Shown piece after piece: positions 1 through 13,000 of a DNA stretch of 64,000 nt. The stretch spans positions 4,402,001 through 4,466,000 of the forward strand of contig JAYWIR010000004.1 of the NCBI GenBank assembly GCA_036172245.1. Reading direction: 5' to 3'. Below the pieces are notes generated by a model. That model had not been told where the DNA came from. It searched no databases and saw only the letters and a program-made list of their open reading frames with translations. Source of the DNA: Raillietiella orientalis (lineage: Eukaryota). Within the stretch, counting starts at the first letter, position 1; each line of letters opens with the position of its first letter. The position numbers and the translations under genes are program-made.

Positions 1-1048
1 GTTAAGTCGGTTGCGCTTGGGAGATCCATCCACGCATTAAGGAGCACTTCCTGGGTTCGGTTTCATCTGAATATCGACACCTTTCGAATGCCATCACAAA
101 ACACGAGGAGCCAGATCAGTGTCAATCACGGAATTGATTCGTGCGAAAGTTCCCTACTAATACAGGAACCGTGGTCGTGAGCTCCAGATCATCACAAGAT
201 TACATAAAAGCTCTCTAATTTCACCAGTCCAACTATTAGTTGGGTCATCTTTCTCGAGTTGTAAGCGCTGGAAATGAACTCAAAGGGAAAAGAGTCAGAG
301 ATCGAAAAAGGAGGTCCTTTCGTTAAACAACTCATTAAGCTCATAAGACATGGAAAAAACACACACATAATTGGTTTCGAGGGAAGCAAGACGATCTCTA
401 AACAAAACCCTAGCAACCAGCCTTTTCTCAGTTGGATTAAATTTGCAGATTTGTTGCATTTTGTTATTCGCAGTTTAGTTTAGTTTTCCTTGCCTTTACC
501 TGTGGGATTAGTAGCCTTTCTCGCAGGTTCCCGTCGCTCTCTCGAGTTCCACAATTAAAAATGTTTATCTGTGAACTGGGATTCTCCTCACAGAAGAAAG
601 CACTCATCTTTTCTGTGTTGAGAGCAGTGGTTGGGTAAAGTCTGCTTTGTAAGCCCGAACGACAAAAGGGAAATAAATTCCTAACACTTCTAACACTTTC
701 TGGAGGCAGTTTGATCTTCCATGGTGTGGTTCTAGTATCTTGCGGTGATACAGTCTATATGAGAAGTTTACGAACAAGTAAAGGCATAGAAGACATATCA
801 GGAAGACTGTTAGATTGACGAACAACAGGCATAGAAGACAGGGAGTCACTCTGAAGTACAATCCGCCACTAAGGATGTGCCTAACGTTCTTCATCAGTCT
901 CATTCAGAAGCTGGAAGATCAAAAATGGAAAATGAGTAGCAGAAAAGGATCAAGAGTCTATTGAAGGGGATTGTCATAAAAAGATGTGACATCGTTCCTT
1001 CGGGAGTTCTCCAACAGCTACCGCGAAAAAGCATCAGTCCCCAGGGCT

Positions 1049-1105
1049 CATTTTTTTAAAAATAAAAAACCTGAAGTGTTCAGGTTTTTTATTTTTTAAA
1101 AAATG
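1049..1105. repeat. 27-bp inverted repeat (hairpin, 3-nt loop)
   Basis: catttttttaaaaataaaaaacctgaa-gtg-ttcaggttttttattttttaaaaaatg; arms pair with one mismatch. Confidence 0.9.
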
Positions 1106-1509
1106 TATTCTAATGTAAAGTTGTGTATAGGTTCTAATTTTTGTGAATAGAGTGATTCGTATTGTACAATGATGAAAGTTAAAACATCCCTGACGTGGAT
1201 GCATCAGAGAAAATGCAGTGTATTTTTCCCTAGTAGATTAAATACAGTATGCATTTGTAGACGAAAAAGGTTCGTCTTATCTATGATAAAAGTATTCAAT
1301 AAAACATGGGAAAATTTAATTTTAATTTATTTATGTGTTTAAGGCATTAAGCACCCTTCCGTGTAATGCATGTACCAACAAAAAAAATGATAAAGCAAGG
1401 CAATGCAAAATATAATTTTTATTCGCAATAAGTTATTACAAAACATGTGATGAGGGAGTGCAAGCAGGCGATGGACGATCTTCATTTCCACAATATGATC
1501 ATCCCCTAC

Positions 1510-2100
1510 AGCAGCTCCTCTGAAAGTGCTTTCAGGATGGTTTCATTTCAGTCGGTGATCCGTGCTGTGCTTCCAGCAAATTCCCCTTGAGTATTATATG
1601 GTCGCTGTTGAGATCTCCCTCCTGATGTCGTCTGTTTTTTTCCTCGAGATCCTTAGCATTCTAAGACTTCTCAGTAGTTCACAGGATGCCACGACGATTG
1701 CTTTAACGGCTCCCGGGAACGCCCTTCGAGACAAAGCGAAGGGTCAGTCCATAACACTTGCTCTCCTTGAGTTTGCTAATGCTTCAGAGAAGAGTTCGTA
1801 TGGACACTTTGTGTGCATTATGACCACCATGCCTTCTCCCTGGAGTACCATCTCTGGCTTTAAGCTAGAATCATTTCCTGGATGGGTCGCGTAGAAGATC
1901 CCACAATCAGATCCCACTGCTGTTGTCCGGCCTTCTTTATTTGGTCAACAAGCTCACCCTCTAGCTCTTGGATCGTAGTGTCACGACAGTTGCAGTGGGT
2001 TGATGGTCTGGAGTGGGTATTTTTCCCACTTTCTGCATCTTCTGCACATTCATTCGACCCTGTCTGGCAGGTGATGCATCGCAGCTGATTAGAGGTTCCT
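1510..2100 (-). mobile_element. Decayed 3' end of an RLE-type (R2 superclade; NeSL/Utopia-like) non-LTR retrotransposon
   Basis: Minus-strand translation with frameshifts and stops gives the zinc knuckle CRRCRKWE..TINHC, then LVDQIKKA, KPEMVLQGEGMVVIMHTKCPYE (cf. KPDLV..IIDVTCPFE), AIVVAS and TI*YSRGICWKH, in the order expected for the C-terminal restriction-like endonuclease. Confidence 0.7.
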
Positions 2101-3089
2101 CTTCATGAGATTTCTGCATTTCTTTCTCTGCAGAGAACTTCTTTATCAGCACTGAATCGTGAATCATCAGTGCGGAATTTTCTTCCTGATGCCGCAACAG
2201 GAGTTCTTGAATTTTTGAGGAAGAACTGCTCTCACCGATATCCCGTTCCAGTGTCCCACTTCTAAGGCATATGCTCTGTCCTCTGTTGAGTGGGCAGCTG
2301 TATCTTCGAAAAATGCTAGATCTGGAAGTCTGTCGTCGTTCTTTTTCATTTCAGAAATCAGATTTTTTTTCATCTGAATCTCCTCTTCGAGTTCTCAGAA
2401 CTGCCTTTGATGTTTTTGCCTTTACTGAACCATCATGCATGGAAAAAACACAGAAGGAACTCAGTTTGTGTCTCCAAATTGAACAAAAGTGCTTAAATGG
2501 ACGACACTTGAGATTTTTTTAACGAAATTTATACATTCGATCACCCAGATCATTGCTTGTTTAAGCATCGGGTACAATGCTGCTCTTTATTCATGACTAT
2601 GGAAGAACACCAAATTTTCCGGATTTGGGCAGCTAAACCTCAGCTCCTGCTTTCAGTGAAAGACCCCAATCTTTGAAGGAGCCTGCCTGCTTCTTCCCAA
2701 AAGGCTCTTTGAGCTCGCGGCAGTCACATTGTCGCGCCAGGCTGATGACATCGTGGTTGCACAGGTGGGAAACATCCTAGGAAGAGAGACCACACATCTG
2801 GCGACCGCCATGATACGTGAAGCCAGCGATGCGCGACTTCAGCTCACAGAGGAGAGAGAGGCAGAAATCTCCTCACATAGGGAGTCGCCTCATGAGTGGG
2901 AGGGCTGGAATTTGCTCCTGCTTTTCATCTCTTTCCCCTTGGAATTCCCTCCACCCATCATCACTCCCTGCCCTTTGAGCATCCAGCCCTGATCCTGGGA
3001 GGAACTGTGCGCAAATGTTTCCAGCCTGAACCTGTTTTAGAAGCATCTCTCTTCCTTCTTCATTTGTATCCTTATTGCTTTCCTTTCTG

Positions 3090-3570
3090 TTTTTTGTCTT
3101 TTCGGCGACCCAGTGTAACGGATCTACTCCATCCCTAGTTACGCTCACAAGTCTTTCACGCGGCGAGTCAAATCTTGGCAAATCAGCCACACTTTCCCGT
3201 GGTGGTGCCCTTGAGTCCTCAAGAATCCTCGTATTTCTTTGCCTTACCCGTTTTACAAAAATGGACAACTGAGCCGTGCTTGCGACATCAGTTGGCTCAT
3301 GAAGTAACAAAACTTTTGCGCTTCTCACACATCGTCGATAAAATTAGTCTACACCTCGCTAAAATCTTTCGGATACTTTCTGACGTATCTGGAAGATTTT
3401 GGCGAGCCGCTCTTTGCAGCCGTTGCAAGGCATCGCTTCTCAACAGGCTCCCCTTCCTGGTGCGATTGCCTAGCAATCAGCTTGTCGACTGCTAGCTGGC
3501 ACGAACGATATTGGAAGTTTCAACCCGAGATTTTATCATGAACTGTTGTTGCAGTTCCAGAGTTTTTCTC
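3090..3570 (-). mobile_element. Decayed hAT (Buster/SPIN, GTF2IRD2-like) transposase fragment
   Basis: KTLELQQQFMIKSRVETSNIVRAS*, AVDKLIARQSH..EGE..KRCL, LLLHEPTDVASTAQLSIFVKRV (cf. LDESTDVSDTAQLAIFVRGV), LKGTTTG, RLVSVTRDG (cf. KLVSVTTDG), collinear but frameshifted. Confidence 0.75.
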
Positions 3571-4059
3571 GACTTCCCTGTTTCAAAAGATCATCGGAAA
3601 GATTTTCAGACTCTTTCAAGTTCCCTGTTGTTACCACCCTACACTTGTGGCTGCTACGGATTAGCGGGAAAGTAAGCGCACCAACTTGCTCCTACGGAGG
3701 AAAATTCCAGAGCCAAACAAAATCGAGCCTCCTATTATTGCACGAGTGCTTTTTCTTCTTCTCAGCAATACTTGACCTTTGAGCAACCACTGTTCCTGTA
3801 GGTTGGAAGTATCTTGTTGGGCATCCCCGAAACGAAGAGGTTCCCAGGCAAATTGTACGGACACTCAAGTACACTTCTTGCACGTGCCCTTCCACTCACA
3901 GCTTTTCTCTCAAAGCTGGACATCCTATGCGGAGGCAAACTCCTTCAGCAAGAGATCTCAAGATAAACAGGAGAAAGAACTCTTAGCTACAGAGGCAACT
4001 CATCAGCAAAGAATCACTGAAGCGAAGATGATTTGAAGAGGCACCTACAATGGATTTTC

Positions 4060-6500
4060 ATTGTTGGCTTTCAAATTCGTTAAGCAACAAGTTGGGACTA
4101 GAGAGATTCCTGGTGAGGAAGTTGATTCCAAAATTTTAAAACAAAGATCTCGAAGGTCGAGTGTAAGAACGCTGCGGATCTCAGGTCTCCAAATGTGGGA
4201 TATCTTGCAGAAGCCTGCGAGAGATCCACATGAGCGTTTCCAAATGCACACGATGGCATCGGTCTCACATGCGGGTGGTGAGTGTCGTGGGAAAAGTCTC
4301 TCAACCGCATTCTCAGTCATTGCATCTGAAGCGAGGAAGTGATCATCAAGGAACATGACGGATAGAGGCAGCCCAGGTCAAGAAATCTCGCAAGAAGAGT
4401 GGGAGAGAAACTGGTTGTCTCCAAAGCAACACGTTCCAGAAGCAGATTCCAGGCTACGGATCCACCCGGTGCTTTTGGGGCGGCGGGAAGGAGACAATAG
4501 GGGGCGTCTTCTGCTCCTAGGAGTCGTCTTCCGCACAGGATCGAAGAAGGAAAGACGAAAGGAGGATAACAGTCATGGGGGATCGCATTGTCGTGTCTTT
4601 TCAAGAGAAAAAGAGCATCTGTATCCTTCGAGAGATCATCGCAGGGTCCGTAGCCATCAGGGAATCGGGCAGGCGCCCAAGTTTCAAGACAACTGAGGAT
4701 CCCTAAGTGGTTGATGGAACACCTCAGGAGGGAAATGACGTGCTCTAGGGAAATCTACTGGCTGGACGAGGCGGACGAGAAAGCCAGACTGAGAACCGGA
4801 CACAAGTCGGACGATAAAACTCCCTGCGAAATCGCTACCTCGAGCAGAGAGGGCAGTCGACAGAGAACGTGGTGGAGAATTCTCTGGTCATCTGTGGCAC
4901 CTCCAAGCACTTCGTTTGTAGAACACAAGCGTGAATCCAAAAAAGGTGCACTTGTAAGAACTCCCACTCCTGGCATTGAAGCCTACAGGAGACCCATGTG
5001 TGCGTTCTCAGACATCCATGTCCTTCCCACTTCCACTCCTATTTCACACTTCGTCTCCTCCGATCTCGCCTGGAACGATTTCTGGTGTATTTCCCACCTC
5101 CCCTATAGCACCTCTCGGAAGCGCATCGACGAGGGGAAAGAGAAACTCTGGGAGAACGGAAGCAATTGAGGACGTAGCTGCAGGGTCGGTTTCTAAGGTG
5201 AGGCGAACCATTTAGAGACGTCTTTTTGAAGAGTATCCGCAGAACGGGATCCAGGACCAGAAAAAACTTCCCGAATAGGGTGGGAAAAACCTGAAACGCC
5301 TTGCCCCGCAGGAGCGGGTGAGAAGGCGGCCCAACGCCCACACCTCCTCGGACTTCCCCCTCCTTTTTCCTAGGTCATTCTCACTCATTCGACCTCCTTC
5401 GAGAACCACCGCCGACAGCCAAGCGTCGGCACGTCTCGCGCGCCTCCCGAACGCTCATCGCCATCCAGAGGAAGGAGGGGGCACCTGATCGCTTCCGTTC
5501 TGCACCACCTCCTTTTTCTTCTGATCCCCTCCCTCCTCTTGACGGATGGAGGAGCTGCCCTCCTCTTCAGAGGACCGGCTTCGACGCTGCCGGCACCAGG
5601 AAGCAGAGCTCCTTCTCAAAGATGACTTCCTCCCCGTCCGCAGGGGAGGGGACCAAAACACCTGTTGGGGAGTTGCCACCTTTACCCCGGCCTCCCTATT
5701 AGAACTTGTGGCTACTCAAGGAGGCGCTTACGCGACCGGATCTCAAGGGAACATCTTGGAAGGGGAAAGGAGGAGGGGGAGAAGGAAAGAAGGGAAAGCG
5801 ATTTTCTTCTTCATCCCTCCCCTTTCCGAAAGCTTGGGCATGGCGCTTCGGGAACGCCTTGATCTCGACCCGGAAGCAGAAGAACTAATCTCTCTGGTTC
5901 CGATCGTCTGGTGCCATGTGGGACCCTCGCATAGCGTTCCTTCGGAGACGCACCCAGCCCCTCCATTTGGACTTCCTTGAGAATCCTGGAGTCCACAAGG
6001 CGGCTTCCACTTTCCGGGGAAAAGGATGGTCTCTGGGGGTCTTCTGAGGGGCATACGGCCTCCTTTGCGCTGCACCTTGCAACCGGAGGACTCTCGGATC
6101 GCTGTCGGAAACGGGGTTCCCCTCCCCTCACCCCATGGAAACCGAGGCCCTCAGTATCATTCTTCCTCGGTCACAAGTGGGAGACGCCGGTGAAGCAGAG
6201 GAAGCTCATAGGGAGAAGACGAACCCGCCCCTTTTCTTGTCCCGCTTTTTCCCCGAGTGGGCAAGGTGTGCTCCATGGAGGGAAGGAAGCAAGAAGGCAG
6301 GTGGCGCGGTCGCACGACTCCCCGGAGATCTTGCTTCCTTTTATCGCAGCAGTGCTGGATTCAGTCCACCACCCTCCACCCTCGCCCCTCTTCTCCTCCA
6401 CCGGATTTTTTTCCAGGAGTATCCTCAGTCTGCTTCTTCTCGGGGCGGCAGCCTGACGAGGTGATTGCAGAGGGCGTGTCGGTGCATGGACAATCGACGG
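4060..6500 (-). mobile_element. Highly decayed CR1/L2-like LINE ORF2 (APE endonuclease + RT remnants)
   Basis: Collinear degenerate motifs on the minus strand: KRGEGGG, RDHPFP, LDPVLRILFKKTSLNG, NRPCSY, TSAPFLDSR, LEVAISQGVLSSDLCPVL (cf. VTSGVPQGSVLGP), GSVAWNLLLERV, KFWNQLP. GC-rich relative to flanks; boundaries approximate. Confidence 0.55.
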
Positions 6501-6899
6501 TCTCATTTCTTCTTCGCCAGCAAGAGCCCCCGAAGAAAGGTGTGGGAGACTCCGGGAGAAAGAGGAGAGGAAGGCGGAATTAGCTTCCTTAGAAATTCGG
6601 TTAAACAAGAAGGAGGGAAGTTCGCGGGGAAAGGGCAAGAGGGTGAAGAAGGGCCTAAAGAAGAAGGGGGGACAAGAGAAGGAGGAGTAGGAGTAGCCTC
6701 TTGCTCAGATTCCACGAACCAAGAGCAGCAACAAAGAAAGGACTCCTCTCTCGCGCTCCTTCCCAAGACTCCTGGCGGAAGTGGCGGCGGCGTCGAGTGA
6801 TCATGGAGACGGCGGACTCCCTCGATGAGGCGCGGTTCCGATTGCCTACAGGGGAGAGGTGAGTGGGAAGAGGTTGCTGCGATCTCCATCTCCACGCCC

Positions 6900-7265
6900 C
6901 GACTAGCAGTAGCTCCTGCCAGCGAAGGTGAAAAAGAACAGTCGTGGGTGATGACCTTCCCACAGCCCTCTCGTGTCCCAGCTGTTTTTGAGAAGTGACG
7001 AAGAAAGGCGGCGAATGCCCGAAGCTCGCGCTTTCAGTGCTGACTCCCGTGGCGCACCCCCACATCTGCCCAGTGATTCACATGATGAACAAAGAGACAG
7101 TTGCAGAGGATGCTCTCGTCCACGGAATGCACCATTCAGTGGCTGACAAAGTGGATTCCATTTCGATTTTGCTAGGGAACATGCAGGATTAAATGTCAAG
7201 AGCGTTGGATGCTACAGGAGGCAGGGAGAAAAAGAATGAAAGGTCAGCCACCGTACTGAGTACAC
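6900..7265 (-). mobile_element. CR1/L2-like LINE 3' fragment, same family as the 15.9-18.4 kb element
   Basis: Reverse complement aligns to ~17787-18140: shared ctcagtacggtggctg and ctttcttcgtcacttctcaaaa; peptides NPACSLAKSKWNPLCQP..REHPLQLSLCSSCESLGRCG vs NPACFLGNLEQNPFGQP..RKHPLQLLVRSSSESSGRCG. Confidence 0.7.
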
Positions 7266-7449
7266 CGTGCCTATAGGCAATCTCTGGGAAATACTCAGCA
7301 ATGGGATGGATTGTGGCTTGCTCGTTGTCATAGTTTAGGCTCACGTGCAAGGCTGCGAGCATCGAAAGCATCCGTGCAAGCTCACTAAATGAACGTAGCG
7401 TGCCAGAGAATGGGAGGAAAAACACAGCACTTGTACAGATCATAAAAGT

Positions 7450-7585
7450 GAGCAACAGATGCTTTGAAAATCTTCTTTATCCTGCTCTCGCCGACACCGA
7501 AGTTCGTCCCATCAGCTTGTTCAAGATTGCACTCAGGTGGGCTCTTTGTGCGGGGCACTCCAATGAACTGGGTGTGTCCTACTAA
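7450..7585 (-). mobile_element. Tc1-like transposase C-terminal scrap
   Basis: LECPAQRAHLSAI followed, after a frameshift, by WDELRCR (cf. [20 protein letters not shown].RR). Confidence 0.35.
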
Positions 7586-9960
7586 ATAAAAGCAAAAGAG
7601 ACTTCCGCATCATTCGGTTAAAGCAATTCTTCAAGCTCGAAAAATCTGGACACCCAGCGAAGGGGGCTGAATCACTACGTGATTCAGATACTTCGACAGA
7701 AACTTACTCCATAAAAAGTTTATCCGAATGACGGAAAGGCCATTGGAATCTCACAGGAAAGAGTAAGCGGTGTGTTTGAAGAAGTTAATGAAGTGAGCAG
7801 GAAAGATAAGGCTGGATAGGTGAGCCTCTTTCGGTTCGTGTTTATCAGCAATAGATGAGTCAGAATTCAACTTCCGAAAATACTATTGCTGAAAAGCACC
7901 AATTGCCGTCATCGGGGCTTTGTCTAAACATTATTTCAGATATTTCATTCTACATTCTATTTCAGACATTCCACTCTTGATAGTTTTGCTGAACCTGGCA
8001 AGAGAACGCAGAACACGCTTTCCAGGGGTCCTTCCTCAATTTTCCACCTGTTCTTTCGTCCTCCATGTGGTTTCTTCCCCTTTCTCCTGAGTATACCCAT
8101 AGGTTCAATGGTCTCAGAGCTAACACTATAGGTCAGAGGATATGGGAATCGGAACTCGTAAGCAAAAGTCGAAATCCAGTACGGGTCGTAGGTCTTTGGA
8201 AGGAAGCAGAACAGAGCACAAGAAAACGTTTTCATCAACGACAAAGTTTCTGTTCTCACAATGCCTTGCCTTTTCGAAAACTTTGTATTTGCTCACGAAT
8301 TCATTACATACATATGCATACAGAGCAATCAATTAAGGGTGGTACAGATAATAGATAATGACAGACATTCATAGCACAAACACAAAGATACAGCACATGA
8401 GGTTTTCATAATATCCTGTACATTTACATTGTATTTTACAATGAGCCACAATCAAATTAAGTCATGTTATTCTCTGTAAGCAATTAAACATTAACGGACA
8501 ATTGATAGCGTTCAGCTACTCCTCCAGTGATTTTCAATAAGAAGGACCATGACTCACTCTGAAAATTCCATCTTAGTTTTTCAACACTTTAATGAACTCT
8601 ATTTGGTGATTTTTAAAAAAACCTGAAGGTTTCGGGGCATCTTCACGAAAGAAAGTTCACGATAAGAGACCACGCACACACCTGAATGAAAGAGGTTTGC
8701 TGTAACAGAGCAGTATTTAAGAACTGATCTTGAATTAGGAAGTCTTTAGATGTTCTTCACGAAGTCATAAATAATTCGTGCTTAACGAGGGATGCCATTT
8801 CCTGTTGGAAAATGCATCAGCAATATGGCAGTCCTCCAGAAAGCATTTTCTTACCAAAGCAGCTATCCTCCCAAATTCTTTTTAAATCAAAGTAACACTT
8901 GTATTTTTAACCAACTATTCTTCCCCTGTGTGGAAGTCAAATCCAAAAAAAAAAAAAAACATCTATAGAACACAGCTATTTATCAAATAAATCTCCTTTT
9001 CAGTCTTTTAAAGAGATTTTACAACAAGTTGCTCCAAATTCCAAATCCACAGCTCGTGCTAATCGCAACTTCTTAGAGACCTTGTAGAGAAGGTCTCAGT
9101 GAAAGATACGCCTTTCCTGTTTGAAATTTGGTAGTTTCCCTCCAACTTGTAACTGTGCAGATCCGCGAATCATAAAGAACTGTAAGAAGAAAACCGGAAA
9201 AAGTGGTCAACCATGTCACTGGTCATCAAGAACATCTGTAGTCTTAGAATATATCCCGGAGCGATTCATTTGTCCATGAGCATACGTTCAAGAAAATAGT
9301 GCATGCAGAATGCCTCAAAGTCCAGGTTTGTGTGTTTGTCTAAAATCAAAGTGTTCAAAATGCTCGCACTACCCTTTCTCAAAACCGAATGGGGAAATGC
9401 GTTTCCTATTCGGTTTTCTTGAAAACTGCGAGAAAAAAATATCACTCATTTGCATCTCGCTATGATGCCGACAGAACCCGAAAGGGAAGTCTGGTTCTAA
9501 AAGAATTCTACAGCTTAAAGTTTGCTTAAGCTGGTATCATGTCACTTTTTATTCGGAGCCAAAACAAAATATAATATCCTATCTACTTCGACAGTTTCTC
9601 CGTTTTCTCCAAGCAGCGGATAGTTTGAGAACAAACGCTTCCAAGGATTATCTTGATTTATCCACTTTCAAAACTTCCCCTTGAATTTTTCTGTCCCTTC
9701 CGAAGAACTTGCAGTATGTGCTTCTGAGGCGAACAACATTACCGAAACGGAAATTTCTGGCAGAAATGCCGCTGGCTTCCACCACAAACGGACAGATTCC
9801 TTGCCACCGAAATGGAAAAATAAACATTTTCGAAACGGAAGATTGCTAACAGCATATTCTTTTGCCTACGAGAGCTTCAGACTTTTCCCTAAAATGCTTC
9901 TTGGCCACGGGATCTAGCAATGGTTTCAAGAAAAAAATCTTATTCTTGACAGAGGAATTT

Positions 9961-10045
9961 TGTCTAAACAAGATTGCAGGTTAATTGTATCAACAGCCTG
10001 CCTATCTAAACAAGGTGGCAGGTTAATTGTGTCAACGACCTGTCT
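9961..10045 (+). repeat. Imperfect tandem duplication of a ~42-bp unit
   Basis: tgtctaaacaagattgcaggttaattgtatcaacagcctgcc / tatctaaacaaggtggcaggttaattgtgtcaacgacctgtc. Confidence 0.85.
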
Positions 10046-13000
10046 CGAGAATGAGAGAAGAAACTATTCTTAAAATAATAGTTTTGCGGTTTGCGGTTAT
10101 CTTGTTTCTGGAGATGAAGCCAGAGAACTTCGTTGAAACAGACACAAACAGGAAGCCGTTCACAGACGGAATGTTGGTAGTAACTTCTTCGTTCAAATCT
10201 TCGGTCCCCATCTCCCTATCCTTGGAGTTCATGAACATCTACTGCAAATGCTTAAAGTAGTAATTTTTTCCCCCCAATAATTTCCAGGAGAGGAATAAGT
10301 CACAGCTGCTAATTTGGTTTCAGTTCGTTTAGATGGCTACGCGCTGTCTCCCGCATACTAATTCTTGGGTGATGACACTCGACATGCCAAAATTGTTTAG
10401 AAGCAACTCTATCTAATGCCGTGAAGTGATTCCCCACCAGGAAAGGAAAGTTCATTACAGAAATTTATAGTCTTGCCAAATGCAACTATTTTCTTCAGAC
10501 ACGTGTGCAATCTGTTCAATGGCCCGTGAAAAGCAAATCGTTAGTATAAATTGCTTGTGATGTACAGTGTGCAAGTACTTCATGAGATACCACGAGGGCA
10601 GATTGAGAGGTACAGTGAACAGCATCAGTGAAATGAAAGTAAACTCGCCGATAATGATTCTCTTTTTAATGAAAGCATGAAATCATTATCAGGAAAAATA
10701 TGTTCTCACTATTCAGAAAAAGTCAATGCCCTTTTTATAGCTTTATCGGTATATTACAATACAACGAAGCCGAAGAGTGAAGACGGAAAGTGAAATCGAT
10801 TTCTTTGAAATCGATTTGAGTGTCTTCCCGAGGCTGCTAACTTTCCACAGGACTCATCAGTATAGAATGCGTTTTGATATGCATGAAATACAATACATGA
10901 GCTAAAGGATACCCATGATGATCTGTGTTAACCTTCAGCATATAATGATGGCTTGGCTACCATTAATGAAGAAAAAATAGGAATTCAACTTTTCAAATGA
11001 TGATCACAATGATCACGTCCAAGACTCCATTCAGCTGTCACACTCCTATTATTCATTTACTACAGCGCTAATCCAAATGAGAATGCGATCCCATCAAGTG
11101 AAAGTAAATTGTCATGACTTTTGATACAGACAGAAGTGTTTCCGAAGTTTTCGCTGGTGACTATCAGGAATAATTTTAAAAATCTCAAAAAATCGACTCA
11201 ATGGAGAGACGCGTGACCTCTGACTCATCTTCTCCTTATGCCGCTTCCATGGTTTTCCGATGACCACAAACACTAGCAATTTACGATCACATGGAAACGA
11301 AAAACTTCTCTTTTTCTGAATTCACTCAGCCTCGTGCATAAAAATGGAAAGGAGGATGGAATGTTTCTATTCCCCTTCTACTTATACGCTTTTTTCGTTT
11401 CTCGAGTACTTCTATAAATAGAAATTAGCTAACGTGAACTTTACACACATGTAAATACTTATTAACGAACACTGAGTAAATTTCCTTGCCAACTTTTAAT
11501 TCAGTTTCTCTGAGAATTTTCTAATGATGTTTCAGTAATTCTGTAAGCTCTAAGCACAGATTTTAAATGCGTTTGTTCAAATGGATAAAATAGATACACG
11601 TATGATTGTGTGGAATAAAGCATTTGCACAGAAGTGCCATTAATAAGGCACACGCCATGAAGTAGGAAACGTTATACTATCGAAATATATACTATTAACT
11701 CGTTATACTCGCTATACTAGTAGGGATTAATAAGCCGGAAACGAGAGCTACTGAAAATGCTTCGGAATATCTTTATGAATGCAGCTGTGCTTGGGTTGCA
11801 TGGGACGGTTCGGTTACACATCTACGTAAGGTTTGCATGCTTTGCTGTTTCATGTTTTCACATGAGGATTATCACGAGAGTGCTTTTTTGGCACTGATCC
11901 GTCACATCATAGAAGTCACATATTATCTCTTCCGCTTTTTTGACAGAGCATGAATGAACCTCAATAAAACTCATAGATGAAGCTCATACATACTTCGTAG
12001 ATGAACTCAAGGCTCACTTCATAACCACTCTAGATGTTCTCCTTGTTTTCTGAGAGACAGTACTCGAATACTGTGCTGCCATTTAGATTATGCGTGGTGG
12101 CCTGTACTTGAATGAAGACAAAGACTGACTGATGTATTCGAGAAGCAAATCAATGATCGCCATTTATTTGCTTTGCACATTGAGAGCCCGATTATCACAT
12201 ACTGAACAAGGAAATCAGCAAGAAAATAATAAGACTAGACAATAACAGTAAGAGAACAAGTAATTGACCTATCATTGAAGAAAATCACCTTCAAAGCACA
12301 CGGAACCATGTAGCCTCCCGCAACTCCCATACGAAAAGAAGGTCTTCCTCTCAACAAATGCAGCAAAAATACACCCCAGTGAAAATCCTTATTAAGCCCT
12401 CTTTCACGTAGTTCAATCCGCTACCAGAAACCTCAATTCCAGTTAAACTCTCCAGGCGAATGTTTCCCCACCAGAATGCTTATTGGGATCGCCACACAAA
12501 GCCTGCGCCGGATTTAAGAACCATGACCGATCAGCTTTCATGCCATTCATATGTCTTCACAAAACTATTTGCCCTTGCCGACTAGTCAGCCAAATGTGCT
12601 GTACAGTTCACCAGTCTGACTGGCCAGCTCTAGGTAAGCCCTATGGTTGAACTATAGTCTGGCTGGGCCGCAGAGACGATACGTTGAGCGTTCTACTGCT
12701 TCATTGTGCCTTGAAAACCGGGCATACCTCGATGAGAGACTCGCATATGTATACAACAAAACTGCAGGTGTACGCATTTGCCTCAATACTACTTTAGTAA
12801 ACTCAAGCAAGCGGGACCACTACCCTTAATGGTTGTATATCCTTGAAGCCCTTGAAAACGTCGCATGAATAAAAATAGAATGCCCATTCACACAAGAGTC
12901 GATCCAGAAATTAGCAGAAACTTTTTTTTCCCGTGCAGGGAGGGCATGTTCGTCTACGGAATGCTTTGAAGTGACTTTCCGTTCGTCTGCAAGACTTACA

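Noticed and set aside
150..180. LLIQEPW, an APE-endonuclease-like motif
   Set aside because: Isolated; no supporting downstream motifs.
5455..6900. Many overlapping 60-160 aa ORFs
   Set aside because: By-product of a GC-rich decayed LINE; not genes.
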